Source of the DNA: Macrostomum lignano
Taxonomy: Eukaryota
DNA: 64,000 nt
Assembly (NCBI GenBank): GCA_002269645.1
Contig: NIVC01000023.1
Span: 434,001-498,000 of the forward strand
Direction of reading: 5' to 3'
Every line of letters starts with the position of its first letter. Within the stretch, counting starts at the first letter, position 1. Below are positions 22,881 through 39,574 of this stretch, in pieces. The translations under genes were made by a program, and so were the position numbers. The notes under the pieces are model-generated. The model was not told the DNA's origin, did not search any database, and saw only the letters and a program-made list of their open reading frames with translations.

Positions 22881-25800
22881 TCAAAGCGTCGTCTCTCGTG
22901 ACGGATTCGTTTTTCCTGTTGTTATGTTTGACAGAAATTTGCTGTTAGAAATGTTTGTTGGCCCGTCGTCGCATAGTACGCTATAGTTAGACGAATAGAC
23001 TTCGTCGGATACAGCCGTTTCTAAGGCAACCGCAGTGGTTGCCGTAGCCGTGGTTGTCATGGTTTCCATTGTATTGTCTTCTTCAAGTGGCGGTTCGCCC
23101 AGAATATTGTGATTGCATATTGGACAGGTCTGATTGGCAACTAGCCAATTGTTGAGGCATTGCAAATGAAATCCGTGTCCGCAGGGCAGCGTACGGTGTG
23201 GCTCGTTGGTGTTTTGAAACGGCTCCAAGCAGGTTGAGCAACATTTTCGGCGAAGATGCTGGGTCAGATGCTGGTCCGCTGCTGATCCTGCCATCTTGGG
23301 GTTCCTTATTAACAGCGTCCCAGCTGTGTTGTTGGTTTCCCGATAGGAGTAGAACTGAAGAAAGAAATGGCTACCGGCAATATACAGTGGACATTAAACT
23401 TTTTGGCTAAAACAATCATAAGCCAAATACGTGGCAAAAATAGTCGTGCTATTAAAGTTCTGTCGTCAACAACGTCTACTGCAGTAAGACAACGTTTGAA
23501 GTGTAGACGAGTGTTTACTAGTGCTATTGTGTTTTGTAATTGTCCTCTGTCTGTTTGAAGTTTTATTCAACTAGAGCCAAATATTATTATAAAGCTTCTC
23601 CTACCTTAACTAGCAGCCCGATTCCGATGATGCAGAAGGCCAGAAAGAACAGTAGGAAGGCCGCAATCTCCGCGTAGAATGTCATCCGAGTGGTTTCGTG
23701 ACCTCGGTTCCCAGTGTGACCACTGTACCGACTTTTGACGCGTGAAGCGGGTCGAATATCAACCTTGGCGTGGTATTTTGCTAAATCGAGCGACTCCAAC
23801 AGGTCTAAATTTGTTGCATCTCTTGAGTCTACTATTGCCACCGTGATGTTGAAGCCTTCTTGGTCTTTTCCAGCTTCCATTAGCTGTGGAATCAATAATT
23901 CAGAAGACCTAGTTTAATGCTGATATCCTACTTCAAGTAGCATATCATCATACCAGAATTCTAAATATAATCTACCTGTTTTCGCAGGTGTCCGTGAGCG
24001 TTGCGCACGTCGAACACTAATCCAACGGCGCCTCGTTTAGCCGCCCTCCGAGTCTGCTCAGCCAGTCGATTGCAGGTGCTTGGCGCAAACCAATCGGATT
24101 CTTTGGGATAGACTAGGCCAATCCATGCCTCGTGGTGCAGTTGATCGGTGTCTTCGCGACACAGACCCAGCGATAATATCTGTTAGAAGGTTTTTTCGGC
24201 TACTTATTAAGTATTTTATATACAAGTTTGCAACTTTCAAAAAAAAATGTGTGGTCACCAAGGTTCTAAACTTAGAACAGCGTCACGAGGCTTGGGCATG
24301 AACTTAGGTTTCAAATACGCTCGTAATTAAGAACGTAAAACTTAATTTCTTGGAAAAATACTTGCTTTTTGAAAATTTGAAACTTTTTTGAAACTTAAAA
24401 ATACTTAATTAGATTGCCTTTAAAAGCAGAATCAAATGCTCGTCTTTTAATATGACATCCAATTTTATTGTTGCTATAATTTTTGTAAACATCAGGCATT
24501 TATAAAATTTACAAATTTTAATTTTTTCCTAAAGCTGAAACTTTCTTCGAAAAGTTGTCCTTGTTTCAATTCTGTGTAGACATTTATTTAATCGGCCTAA
24601 TTTACTTTCATAATTACTTAGCATTTCATGTTCTTATAGAATGAACGACACTCATAGGATTTTTCGGACAATTATCGATACAAGCGAGAGAATAGTCATC
24701 ATTCAAGAGACGTCTATTTCGGAAAAATACGTTCAAATCAGAGTTTGATATTTTGCAGGATTGAAATGAAAATTCACTAGTTGGTATAAGCTACTACAGA
24801 GCCTATTTCCAGATTTGGATCGATAGGGCGTGGCAACTGAGCTATCAAATGGGGCAGTCTGGTGCACCGCCTTTGTTGCTAATGAAGGCATAGCTTAGCT
24901 ATAATCAATAGGAGTTGACAGTGCGTGTAGCAGGATGAAGTCAACAGGAAAGAGATTGACTAAACTTTTCTTGTTTAGCTTTCCATGCGGCTAGTTCCGT
25001 TTATCCATGCATCCATTTTACCTGACAGGGCATATCGTTTTCACTTTTATTATATCTCAAACAGACAACCCGTCCCGTTCGTGTGTATCGTCACTTCACC
25101 GCGCATCTCTATACCTGGCATATTTCCTTCCTATTTCTCCATACTAATTGCGCTGCTCTGGTACGTCTTTAATGCAACTCACAGTTTTACTCTGTTGAGT
25201 ATCGATTATTTGCCTTTGCCTGGTTTTTAAACAAAAAAGATGAACGTAGTGGGAGAGGATGAAGTTTAACGATGAATAGCTATTTGTATGGCAGAACTAG
25301 AAGCTATTTTCTCTTACAAGCTACAGTATATGCACTGTTGATTTCAGAATTTTTCCAACATTTCTGAGCTCGAATTCTTATCTGCAGGTTTATAAGCCTA
25401 TTAAAATATGCAATATAATTCACTCAAAAAGGTCGCAACTTTTTCTAGCAGATACTGAGAAATGTCTAAAGAGATAAAGTGAAACTCAACCAAAGTTTTT
25501 GAGCTATCAAAGCCAAAGATGGGATTGTAGCCTAGAGACTAGAGCGCCGGACTCGGCTGAAAGGTCGGGGTTTCGATTCTCGATCTACTCAGAACAAATT
25601 GTGTCCTTACGCAAGATAATTAACTCTGCATTGCTTCAGTTCACCCAAGCTGTAAAATGGGTGTCAGCATTATCTGGGGTAATTGAGGGTGTGTGTGGCC
25701 GACTCCCCAGTCCTTGGGCTGAACAGCCGTACGCAACCTTCAGATGAGCTGTCGGTTGCACATCTGCGCATTCGCGCAGGTGTAATCAATTATTAATATT

Positions 25801-28800
25801 AATATTAAAGCCAAAGAAAAATTGCAGAAATTTTTCGGGATGACCTGATAAATAACTAGACTGTTTTGGTTGCATAAAATACCTTAATTGAGGCTGCAGC
25901 CAGAGCTCCAAATATAGATTTTGTTGCAGACAGGGTGAGTGGGTATAGCCTTATTAAAGCGAGATTGACAAGTTAAATGACCGGAGGAGGCGAAAGCGAG
26001 GAATAATGAGGGGAAGGGGGGCAGAGAGACAGACAGAACGGATTGAAAAGGGGGAAGAGAGTTGAGCTTCTGCCACCTGGGTGTGAAGAGTGTGCGTGTG
26101 TGTGGCAATTCTATTGTGAATCTGCAAACGTGGGGAAGGTGGTTTCAGGGAAGAAGACTTGAGAGCGAAAGCTGCTGGGGCTGCACGGGAGGAAGGGCTA
26201 TTCTAGTGGGCGGAGTCGACCTTGCTCCAGCACTTGTGCTGTATTGGGTGAGAAACAGACAGCCAGCGCTGTGGTGTGCGTCACTTTCTCTTTTTCTTCC
26301 TAATTTTTCTCCCGGTTTCTCTCGCTCCCAGCTCTGCTCGCGTTGTTATATACCTGAGTAGAATTCAAGTGTAGCGCGGGTTTGAAATTTTTAAGCACCA
26401 ACACTGGGCTGGCTGAAAACTTTAATAATACGAGTAAACTACTTTGCTACTGCTAGTCAGCGTCGTCATGCGTCATCGCTTTTTACTCAAAATGGACTCT
26501 CAATTCCTTCTCTGGGGCGGGTCGGGCCTTGACGCCAAGTGTGAACAGAAATCCCAGTGCTCTCATTCTCTCCTAGGATTGACAGGTAGCTACTCCCGCC
26601 CCCCGAGGAGGGGGCCCACAATAAGTATGGCCGTCTGGTGGGTTTTTTATTGTTGAGTAGAAATTGAAGTCGACTCTGTTATAAGTTTCCTAATAATCGA
26701 TTCTGCTGCTGACGAGACTGTAGCTGTGAAAAATGGAGAAGCAGTGACGCAATCACATGGATTCCAACTATCTAAGAAACAGTTTGAGAGGCTTGTCTCT
26801 TTGGCTGAGTCAGACAGGCCATGTATAGAGGCCGTGTTCTGGAGGCAAGGGTGCTTATCGAATGATTGACAGCTATAACTAACTTTCCCTCTTTCCTGTG
26901 TCTATCTCCATCTCTCTCTCAATTTCTCTGTCAATTACTCACTCTCTCGCCTCATTTTGATTCCGTCTGTTTCCTTCCTATCTAGCCTGTTTAAGCACTG
27001 AAAACAATGCTTCATATATTTATATCTGCCTGCATGGTTGGTGTTTTTGCTAAGTAGAATTTAAAGCAGACATGCTGTATACTGTAGCCTAACGGGAGAC
27101 TGCAGACTATACTGTGGTTAATGCTGATTTCTAAGAAAAAAGTAGTTGATGCTTGAGAATACGAATTCGCCCTGTGCGCTCCGTGTTCTGTCAGGCTGTC
27201 AATTCTCTTTCCATTTTTTCTTTATTTCACGTTCGCTTAGTATAGGTTTTGTCAGCCTAACTGAGAATAAAGCCATCCAAAGTGAGAATCCTGCCTACGC
27301 TGACTGCGAAGGGCCTGGCTGCGTGCAGCCTTAGTCTATGGGCCATAGACTATAAAGGATAAGCAAAGTGATAAAAAGCCATCCAATGTGAGAATCCTGC
27401 CTACGCTGAATACGAAGGGCCTAGCTGCGTCCAGCCTAGTCTATGAGCCATAGACTATAAAGGACAAGCAAAGTTTTAAAAAGACATTATCCAGTGTGTT
27501 CCTGTTTCCGTTATTCCGTTCAAGCTATTGGCTAGTCATATGGCTCAGAAGGTATAAAAATAAAACAATACGACGCATAGACCAATCGATTCTCACATTG
27601 GATGGCTTTTTATCACTTTGCTTGTCCTTTATTGTCTATGGCCCATAGACTAAGGCTGCACGCAGCCAGGCCCTTCGCAGTCAGCGTAGGCAGGATTCTC
27701 ACTTTGGATGGCTTTATTCTCAGTTAGGCTGACAAAAGCAATACTTGTTTTCTGCTATATAGTGCATAAGTCGATCCTACCTACTCGTCACGTGCCTTGT
27801 CTCTATCACCGATCCTGCTACACGAAGCACTGAAACCCATGGGTCTGTTGCTTTGCTACAAAAAATTGATTCGTAATTCAAATTTCCGTCTTTAATTTCC
27901 TATAAAAACTTACCCCCGTTTCCTGCTTTGTCACCGGCTGCCTAGTTTGATTAAAATCTTTTTAATAAAAATTATAAAACTGTTTATCACTGCTGCTGTT
28001 TGAGGAACAGTCGCCGTTCTAGTAGCCTTAAGATGATTTATTGAAAGTTTGTTCCAAGGTTTATTTATTGATACCAAGATAGCTGAAAAAACAGATGGAA
28101 TATTTCACAATGCTAGTTTTGGTAAACAGAAACGATCTTAGCGATTTGTGTGGATAACAACGCTTAAGATACTTATTGTACTTGGATTTTCTATATTCCT
28201 AGCTTGTGCATCCTGCATAGCATGCGGTACTGTATATCCAATCAATATAGCACTTATTAGAAGAATCATTTCCTCATAGGAAGCTGCTTTTCAGGTATCG
28301 GGTGTCGATCCGGTTGGAAATATTCTCCTTTGTTGTATTGATTTTTTACCTTAAGTCTCTTTTCCCAGTTAGACTTCAGGCTTGGTTTGGTATAAATATG
28401 ACTGATTAGTGACTTACAGGATAGTTAATAGGAGCTTTTTAGAATTTTTAGGGGAATTTTCGTCAATGCCATTAAATTCTATCTGCTTTTTTCCTTTTCC
28501 AAAACCCATTGTTCTGTTCAATTCATTATATATTGCTCTACTCCCTACTATCGTTAGCACAAGGCATTATTATAACTGACTTGCTGCCACTCCTCTGCAC
28601 AGTGTTTTATTGATTTCGATACATACTGACAGCTTTAACAAGTGAGCATGTCAGTTCGGTGCCCGATAAATTATTATCTTACAAATACAATTTCACTGAC
28701 AATTGTCAACTGTTGGTCAGATATCTTACATACTAACTGACAATTGTCAACTGTTGGTCAGATATCTTACAGACTAACTGACGATTGTCAACTGTTGGTC

Positions 28801-30272
28801 AGATATCTTACAGACTACTGACAATTGTCAACTGTTGGTCAGATATCTTACAGACTGACGATTGTCAACTGTTGGTCAGATATCTTACAGACTACTGACA
28901 ATTGTCAACTGTTGGTCAGATATCTTACAGACTACTGACAATTGTCAACTGTTGGTCAGATATCTTACAGACTACTGACAATTGTCAACTGTTGGTCAGA
29001 TATCTTACAGACTACTGACAACTGTCAACTGTTGGTCAGATATCTTACAGACTACTGACAACTGTCAACTGTTGGTCAGATATCTTACAGACTACTGACA
29101 ACTGTCAACTGTTGGTCAGATATCTTACAGACTACTGACAATTGTCAACTGTTGGTCAGATATCTTACAGACTGACAATTGTCAACTGTTGGTCAGATAT
29201 CTTACAGACTGACAATTGTCAACTGTTGGTCAGATATCTTACAGACTACTGACAATTGTCAACTGTTGGTCAGATATCTTACAGACTACTGACAACTGTC
29301 AACTGTTGGTCAGATATCTTACAGACTACTGACAACTGTCAACTGTTGGTCAGATATCTTACAGACTACTGACAACTGTCAACTGTTGGTCAGATATCTT
29401 ACAGACTACTGACAATTGTCAACTGTTGGTCAGATATCTTACAGACTGACAATTGTCAACTGTTGGTCAGATATCTTACAGACTGACAATTGTCAACTGT
29501 TGGTCAGATATCTTACAGACTACTGACAATTGTCAACTGTTGGTCAGATATCTTACAGACTACTGACAATTGTCAACTGTTGGTCAGATATCTTACAGAC
29601 TGACAACTGTCAACTGTTGGTCAGATATCTTACAGACTGACAACTGTCAACTGTTGGTCAGATATCTTACAGACTGACAATTGTCAACTGTTGGTCAGAT
29701 ATCTTACAGACTGACAACTGTCAACTGTTGGTCAGATATCTTACAGACTGACAACTGTCAACTGTTGGTCAGATATCTTACAGACTACTGACAATTGTCA
29801 ACTGTTGGTCAGATATCTTACAGACTGACAACTGTCAACTGTTGGTCAGATATCTTACAGACTAACTGACAATTGTCAACTGTTGGTCAGATATCTTACA
29901 GATTTTAATTTAATGCGACTTTTGAACAGAAGTCTTAAGCTTTTTAAGAAACTATTTATCAGAATAAGAAATATTTCGATCTATTTTTAAAAAGAGCTCA
30001 CGATCTTCATTTTACCCTGTAGCTCGTATTTGGCTCACCTTGACCAGATTTCCACTGCTGTTGAACGCTTCATTCGACGTCTTTGGAGCATAAAATCCGG
30101 CTAGTCGAACAATTCTATCTTGGCCTTGTTTGCCGCGTGGCAAAGCTGATTGCTGAATACTCACGCTAATATTGGCTCTAGTCCACTGCCAGCCCTGTGC
30201 TGTGATCTTTAGTTCGCTGCTGACCACAAGCAGCGCGATAGTAATTGATAGCAGGCCAGGTGATTTTGCCAT
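22881..30272 (-). CDS. ZNRF3: ZNRF3/RNF43 (PLR-1)-like transmembrane RING-H2 E3 ubiquitin ligase, ~396 aa
   Basis: Exons 30272-30039, 24179-23976, 23883-23605 and 23354-22881 all join in phase 0 at GT..AG. Signal peptide MAKSPGLLSITIALLVVSS. The PA ectodomain motifs SLGLC, AWIGLV and RRAAKRGAVGLVFDV match remembered ZNRF3 PLGLC, GWVGVV and KRAVQRGATAVIFDV. TM segment followed by LLVK. C3H2C3 RING (CSTC..CGHGFHLQC..CPICNHNI). Confidence 0.88.
25520..25806 (+). mobile_element. tRNA-derived SINE with CORE-like central domain
   Basis: A-box-like TAGCCTAGAGACTAG and B-box-like GGTTTCGATTC. Central TGTGTCCTTACGCAAG..TTAACTCT..CTTCAGTTCACCCAAGCTGTAAAATGGG resembles the MIR/CORE consensus. (AATATT)n tail. 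Perfect 11-bp TSD AAAGCCAAAGA at 25509-25519 and 25807-25817. Confidence 0.85.
27247..27737. mobile_element. Foldback/MITE-like element with ~150-bp inverted termini
   Basis: 27247-~27397 is a near-perfect reverse complement of ~27587-27737. The arms are built from a ~104-bp unit that is tandemly duplicated on the left. Internal GTCTATGGGCCATAGAC hairpin. No clear TSD. Confidence 0.85.
28696..29902 (+). repeat. 37/40-bp minisatellite (CTGACAATTGTCAACTGTTGGTCAGATATCTTACAGACTA) in ZNRF3 intron 1
   Basis: About 31 units. Many units contain the perfect palindrome TGACAATTGTCA. Confidence 0.97.
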
Positions 30273-31351
30273 TCTAACGGTTGTTTTTTTCCCTCAAAGC
30301 TTCTGTTTCATTATCATTTGGATTTTTCGAATAGCTCATTAAATAAGGATCCCATTTCCCTACTTACTGCATCTTCCATATGGCGCCTGTATCGTTTTCT
30401 CATTGGCTGTTGTCTGCTAAATTGCTCAGTGGCCAGGCGCTATAGGCTGGGCGTTAAATTGCCCCCTATGTTTGTCATTCTTTTCTAAACTGTTAGAAAT
30501 CGCACCATTGGGTTTTGAGACCGATATTTTGCACGTTGATAAGTAATGCCTAGTATTTTAATTTTACTGTCAAATTAGTATAATAGACTAGTAATCTATG
30601 CTCCTCCGCTGGGTGAAACTATATTTTAAAGAAATAAATGACCCGTTCGTTTGTTAATTTATGAAAACTCAAGAATCATAGATATGCACTTAGTTTTTTT
30701 GTAGATTAAGGTTACATTGTACATCACTTTTGTTATTTGGCATACTGATTTTCTTAGATATAGATGCCAATACCAGTAATGTCCAATGCTAATTTCTTAG
30801 ATCTATCTATAGAGTGGATTTCACGAAGTGAAAATGATGAAAGCCTGTTGAAACACAAATGAAACTAAGAGTCTAAGACTAAGAATCTAAGACTAAGAAT
30901 CTAGGACTAAGAGTCAGACTAAGAATATAAGACTAAGGGTCTAAGACTAAGGGGCTAAGACTAAGAATCCAAGACTAAGAATCTAGGACTAAGAGTCTAA
31001 GACTACGGAATCTAAGTCTAAGAATCTTAGACTAAGAATGATGAAAGCCTGTTGAAACACAAATGAGACTGAGTCTAAGACTAAGGGTCTAAGACTGAGA
31101 GTAATAATAAGAGTCTGCGAATAAGAATTTAAGACTAAGAGTGTAAAACTAAGATGGTAACAATAAGGGTCTAAGACTAAGAATCTAAGACTAAGACTAC
31201 TGATTCCAACACTAAAAGTCTAAGTCATGAATCATGACAAATTTTAAATATTCATCTCATCTCGATACCCACTAGCACTCCGATTTTTGATTATTATTTT
31301 CAGCACCGACTCCGTCCATTTAGTCGGTTAGTCAGACAACACCAAATAAAT
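30273..31351. promoter_or_regulatory. Divergent intergenic/promoter region between ZNRF3-like (-) and NT5DC1 (+)
   Basis: Start codons lie head-to-head 1.08 kb apart. An ATGGCG (YY1-like) and an ATTGG (CCAAT) motif occur at ~30380-30408. TSS not determinable. Confidence 0.45.
30865..31197 (+). repeat. CTAAGACTAAGAAT 14-bp degenerate repeat
   Basis: Tandem units, plus a duplicated ATGATGAAAGCCTGTTGAAACACAAATGA block. Confidence 0.85.
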
Positions 31352-32840
31352 ATGGAGCGTCTGTTTGACTACGACGCAGTCGGTTTCGACATCGATCTCA
31401 CGCTGGGCCGTTATCAGTTGCGCAATCTGGTCAGTCTAGTTTACGTTCAATTGGCAGACTATTTAGTTAAGCATCGCGGCTATCCCGATCATCTGCGCAG
31501 TCTTGACTGGTCATCGCCAATTGAGTGTGGCTTAATGAGTAGGGCCGCTATTTTAGACAAAATAGGCGGCAATCTGCTTTTGATGTCGCCCACAGGTGCA
31601 GCATTGAGAGTTTGTCACGGCAGCAAACAGTTGGACGCTAAATTAGCTTATCCGCCAGACGGTCGGCCGCCGTTTGCTCAAGCCGTTCTCAATAGCGGCT
31701 ATCGACACGAACGAGATGGTCGCTATCGATTTCAGGATACTCACTACGACTTGCCTGGCAGTTTGATATTCGCTAAATTGGTGCGTTGGGGAGGGGGGGG
31801 GCTTCAGGACCTCTGGTTGCGCAGCCACATTCATTTGGGGCTTTGTGAGCACAAAAACTGAAAATGGCCAGGTGGGTTGCAGTACAGTACAGTACAGTAC
31901 AGTGCAGTACAGTATGATGCTTCATATACGTGCTGATATTAAACTAAAAGCAACTTGGCTTCATCAACAGGTGGACTTGGCAGAAGAGAATCGAACCACC
32001 CCACTGACTGACTGCAGCAGCCTTTGGCAGGATTGCTACTCAGCTTTGCTTCACGTCTACTCAGATGATGGCGCTTATTTTAAATATGTATTAGCTAATC
32101 CCAGCGCTTACCTGTGCCCGGTGACCTCCGGAGTTCGAGCGCTGCTCAAACAGCTTCGCCAACGCGGCATTTATATCTTTTTATTATCATCCTCTGAGGC
32201 TCAGTTCGCTGCCAGACATCTTGAGCACATTCTGGGTCAGGATTGGCCGGATTTATTCGACGCCTGCCTGTTGGAGGCTGGGAAGCCGAACTTTTTTATG
32301 AAAAAGTCCAAATCGTATTATTCAAGCTCGGCTAGTTACTACAGCAGCTACGAAAGCTTCGAACGCCTTCCTTTCGGTCGGGGTAAAGCTTACATCAGCG
32401 GCTGTGCGGAAGAATTTGAATGGAAATTTCTTGGACAATGTGATGATAAAACTCAATCCAGTAAGATTGCCTACTTTGGCGATTCTGTCCGATCGGATTT
32501 AGTCACGGCTTCTTTAGTTGCTAAGTGGGACATCTGGATGGTTATTGAAGAGCTGAATTTGCTGCCCAACTCTGCTGGCACAATTCCCGAGCTGGCTTCT
32601 AAACTAATTGTTAACCAATCGGCGAATGCAGCTGCTGCTACTGCTAGTAGTAGCCATGAAGGCTGTCGACTATCGAGTGACGCTTGGCTTGCTGGTTTAT
32701 GCTCGTCTAAAGACCGTGAAGGCGACCAATCACAAGGCGACGATTTCACGGTGAATGGCGAGGTGACACTGTGGGCCTCGATGTTGGCGAGTCACGCCAC
32801 CGCTGTGATGTCCTGTCTGGAAGATTTATTGCCAGTTTAG
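31352..32840 (+). CDS. NT5DC1: 5'-nucleotidase domain-containing protein 1 (HAD family), ~432 aa
   Basis: Exons 31352-31780 and 31971-32840 (TTG|GTGCGT .. caacag|GTG, phase 0). HAD motif I DIDLT, YDLPG, DLFD..KPNFF and motif IV GDSVRSD. The AVGFDIDLTLGRY start matches remembered NT5DC1 VVGFDLDHTLCRY. Confidence 0.9.
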
Positions 32841-33084
32841 CTAACATCTTACTCGGTAGTTAATGAATTTAACTGATTCATTTTTAAACAGTCTTTTTTG
32901 CGCCAGAACGGAGCAGCCATGCAGGCACAGGAAACTTACAGATTGGTCATTAAAAACGTGGTTTCACACAATTGTCGCAATCTTCAGGACATTTAAATAC
33001 TTTTAGTCCATGAAAGACATTTTTTAGAATGAAGAAATTTTTAACGATTTTATTATTAAATTGTCTTTCATCCGGATGTTTCCC

Positions 33085-33665
33085 AAGCTCGAAACTTAAC
33101 CAGTTCGAAACTTCACAAGCTCGAAACTGTATCAGCTCGAAACCTCACAAGCTCGAAACTGTATCAGTTCGAAACCTCACAAGCTCGAAACTGTATCAGT
33201 TCGAAACCTCACAAGCTCGAAACTGTATCAGCTCGAAACTTCTCAAGCTCGAAACTTCACAAGCTCGAAACTTTATCAGTTCAAAACTTCTCAAGCTCGA
33301 AACTGTATCAGCTCGAAACTTCACAAGCTCGAAACTGGATCAGTTCGAAACTTCTCAAGCTCGAAATTTTATCAGTTCGAAACTTCTCAAGCTCGAAACT
33401 GTATCAGTTCGAAACTTCTCAAGGTCGAAACTGTATCAGCTCGAAACTTCACAAGCTCGAAACTGTATCAGTTCGAAACCTCACAAGCTCGAAACTGTAT
33501 CAGCTCGAAACTTCACAAGCTCGAAACTGTATCAGTTCAAAACTTCACTAGCTGGAAACTTTACAAGCTCGAAACTTCATCAGCTCGAAACTTCATCAGC
33601 TCGCAACTTCACAAGCTCGAACTTTTATCAGCTCTAAAATTTATCAGCTCGAAACTTCACAAGCT
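33085..33665 (+). repeat. 18/36-bp minisatellite (AGCTCGAAACTTCACA / AGCTCGAAACTGTATC)
   Basis: Alternating units. Explains ORF 33029. Confidence 0.92.
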
Positions 33666-34416
33666 GTGATCGTTATAATCTTGGATCTCAGGATACCTAA
33701 AGCAGATGAGTTAGTTTCAAGCTTTTATAGTAGTGGATGCTGTCATTGATGATGCGAAATATCAATGGCGAATCTCAGTAGATCTCGGCAGAAATTTTTG
33801 TTTAATTTTTAAGTTTTAAGCCAGAGTTTTCTTTAAAATCCGGGACACTCGTGGCTCTCCGTTTGGAAGTGAATTAACAAAAACTTCTGTCATGGTTTTT
33901 GACCGTTGAATAAACCTATACAATTCCTATGTGATATAATTGTCGTTCTAATAATTGAAGCCATAATAATACTTTTTAAATAGTTGAGAATATAGTGTCT
34001 ACATGTACTATATCTGGGTGTATGATAAAATCAATGTTAATTGTTTATTTGTTGTTCTTATTGTATATTTTTATATAATTTCATAGTAATTAGCGCAATA
34101 CATATATTTAAAGTAGCAGTCATTTTATAGTTTTTAATGAGTTTTTCTTGCTGAAAAACAGCTTGCTTATATATTACAATATTTTTTTAGTTTTTTGTCG
34201 TCAATGTGCTTTCTTATTATACAGTAGATACACAATAGATTTCTGTATATTATGTATACGTATGTACTTTTGTTATCGTATTTAAAATGTCGTTAAGCAT
34301 TTTGAAAATAATTTCTATAAACAAAGATGTATCTCTTTTATTTTGCTTTGTTCCTTCGATCTAAATCTAGAACGTTTTGTCTTTATTACTTTTTAAATTT
34401 CACCTGTTATCAATAG

Positions 34417-35317
34417 GATTTCAGTGTATGACCATGGGATTTCAGTGTATGACCATAGGATTTCAATGTATGACCATGGGATTTCAGTGTATGACCATGG
34501 GATTTTAGTGTATGACCATGGGATTTCAGTGTATGACCATAGGATTTCAGTGTATGACCATGGGATTTCAGTGTATGACCATGGGATTTCAATGTATGAC
34601 CATGGGATTTCAGTGTATGACCATGGGATTTCAGTGTATGACTATAGGATTTCAGTGTATGACCATGGGATTTCAGTGTATGACTATAGGATTTCAGTGT
34701 ATGACCATGGGATTTCAGTGTATGACCATGGGATTTCAGTGTATGACCATAGGATTTCAATGTATGACCATGGGATTTCAGTGTATGACCATGGGATTTC
34801 AGTGTATGACTATAGGATTTCAGTGTATGACCATGGGATTTCAGTGTGTGACCATGGGATTTCAGTGTATGACCATAGGATTTCAATGTATGACCATGGG
34901 ATTTCAGTGTATGACCATGGGATTTCAGTGTATGACCATGGGATTTCAGTGTATGACCATAGGATTTCAATGTATGACCATGGGATTTCAGTGTATGACC
35001 ATGGGATTTCAGTGTGTGACCATGGGATTTCAGTGTATGACCATAGGATTTCAATGTATGACCATGGGATTTCAGTGTATGACCATGGGATTTCAGTGTA
35101 TGACCATGGGATTTCAGTGTATGACCATGGGATTTCAGTGTATGACCATGGGATTTCAGTGTATGACCATGGGATGTCAGTTTATGACCATGGGATATCA
35201 GTGTATGACCATGGGATTTCAGTGTATGACCATGGGATTTCAGTGTATGACCATGGGATTTCAGTGTATGACCATGGGATTTCAGTGTATGACCATGGGA
35301 TTTCAGTGTATGACCAT
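34417..35317 (+). repeat. 21-bp minisatellite (TCAGTGTATGACCATGGGATT)
   Basis: About 43 units. Confidence 0.97.
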
Positions 35318-35488
35318 CGACTCAGGGAGTGGCAATTCTAGAAGCAAGACCTAGATAAGTTTTTAGCTTTCATTTATGTTGAAATGCCCTATTATTAATT
35401 AATATTTTTTCACATTGTTCCATTTCAGTCCTGAGACTTTTCACCTTAATTGAACTCATTATTTGTTGTATTTAATTGTGTTTTATAA

Positions 35489-39026
<3,538 letters not shown>

Positions 39027-39574
39027 GTAGTTGGCAAAATCTTAAGTACTTTAAGCGCTTTAAATAAAAGATTGCAAAAAAATTAATCAGACAGAATGAC
39101 AGTCGCTTAATATTATATATTATACTTAATCATTTTTATCTCCTATTGTCAGCCAGGCTTAATGCACTTTGATTGATAATTTGGCTTCTATTTTGCATGT
39201 ACATGTTATATACTGCAGTGCTTTATGTATGCTTGTACGGTGACTGCGCTTAAACTTGAGAACAGGCTGCTGCTTCAATAGTTAAGTCCCAGACTCGAAT
39301 CCTACGGTTTTCATAACAAATGAGCCTGTTAATTTTTGTTTGAACTTCAAAATTTGCCTTTCAAAAAAACCAAATGGAAATTATACAAAACATTTTCATA
39401 TTGTGAGTCAATACTCTTTCGTGTTTTTTCTTTTGCTATTTTATTTGTCATATTTAAATATATATACTGACTGCTTGCTTGCCCGCTTTGAATTTGTTCG
39501 GATTCCTAAAACGTTTTATGTATTTTCCCCTATATTTAATTTCAATTTTTGTTAATATCCTGGTGACAGGAGCT

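Noticed and set aside
28696-29902. CRISPR-like array (palindromic 37-40-bp repeats)
   Set aside because: Units are contiguous with no unique spacers, no cas genes are present, and the context is a eukaryotic intron.
33029-35354. ORFs 33029, 34410, 34424 and 34512
   Set aside because: Minisatellite read-through frames.
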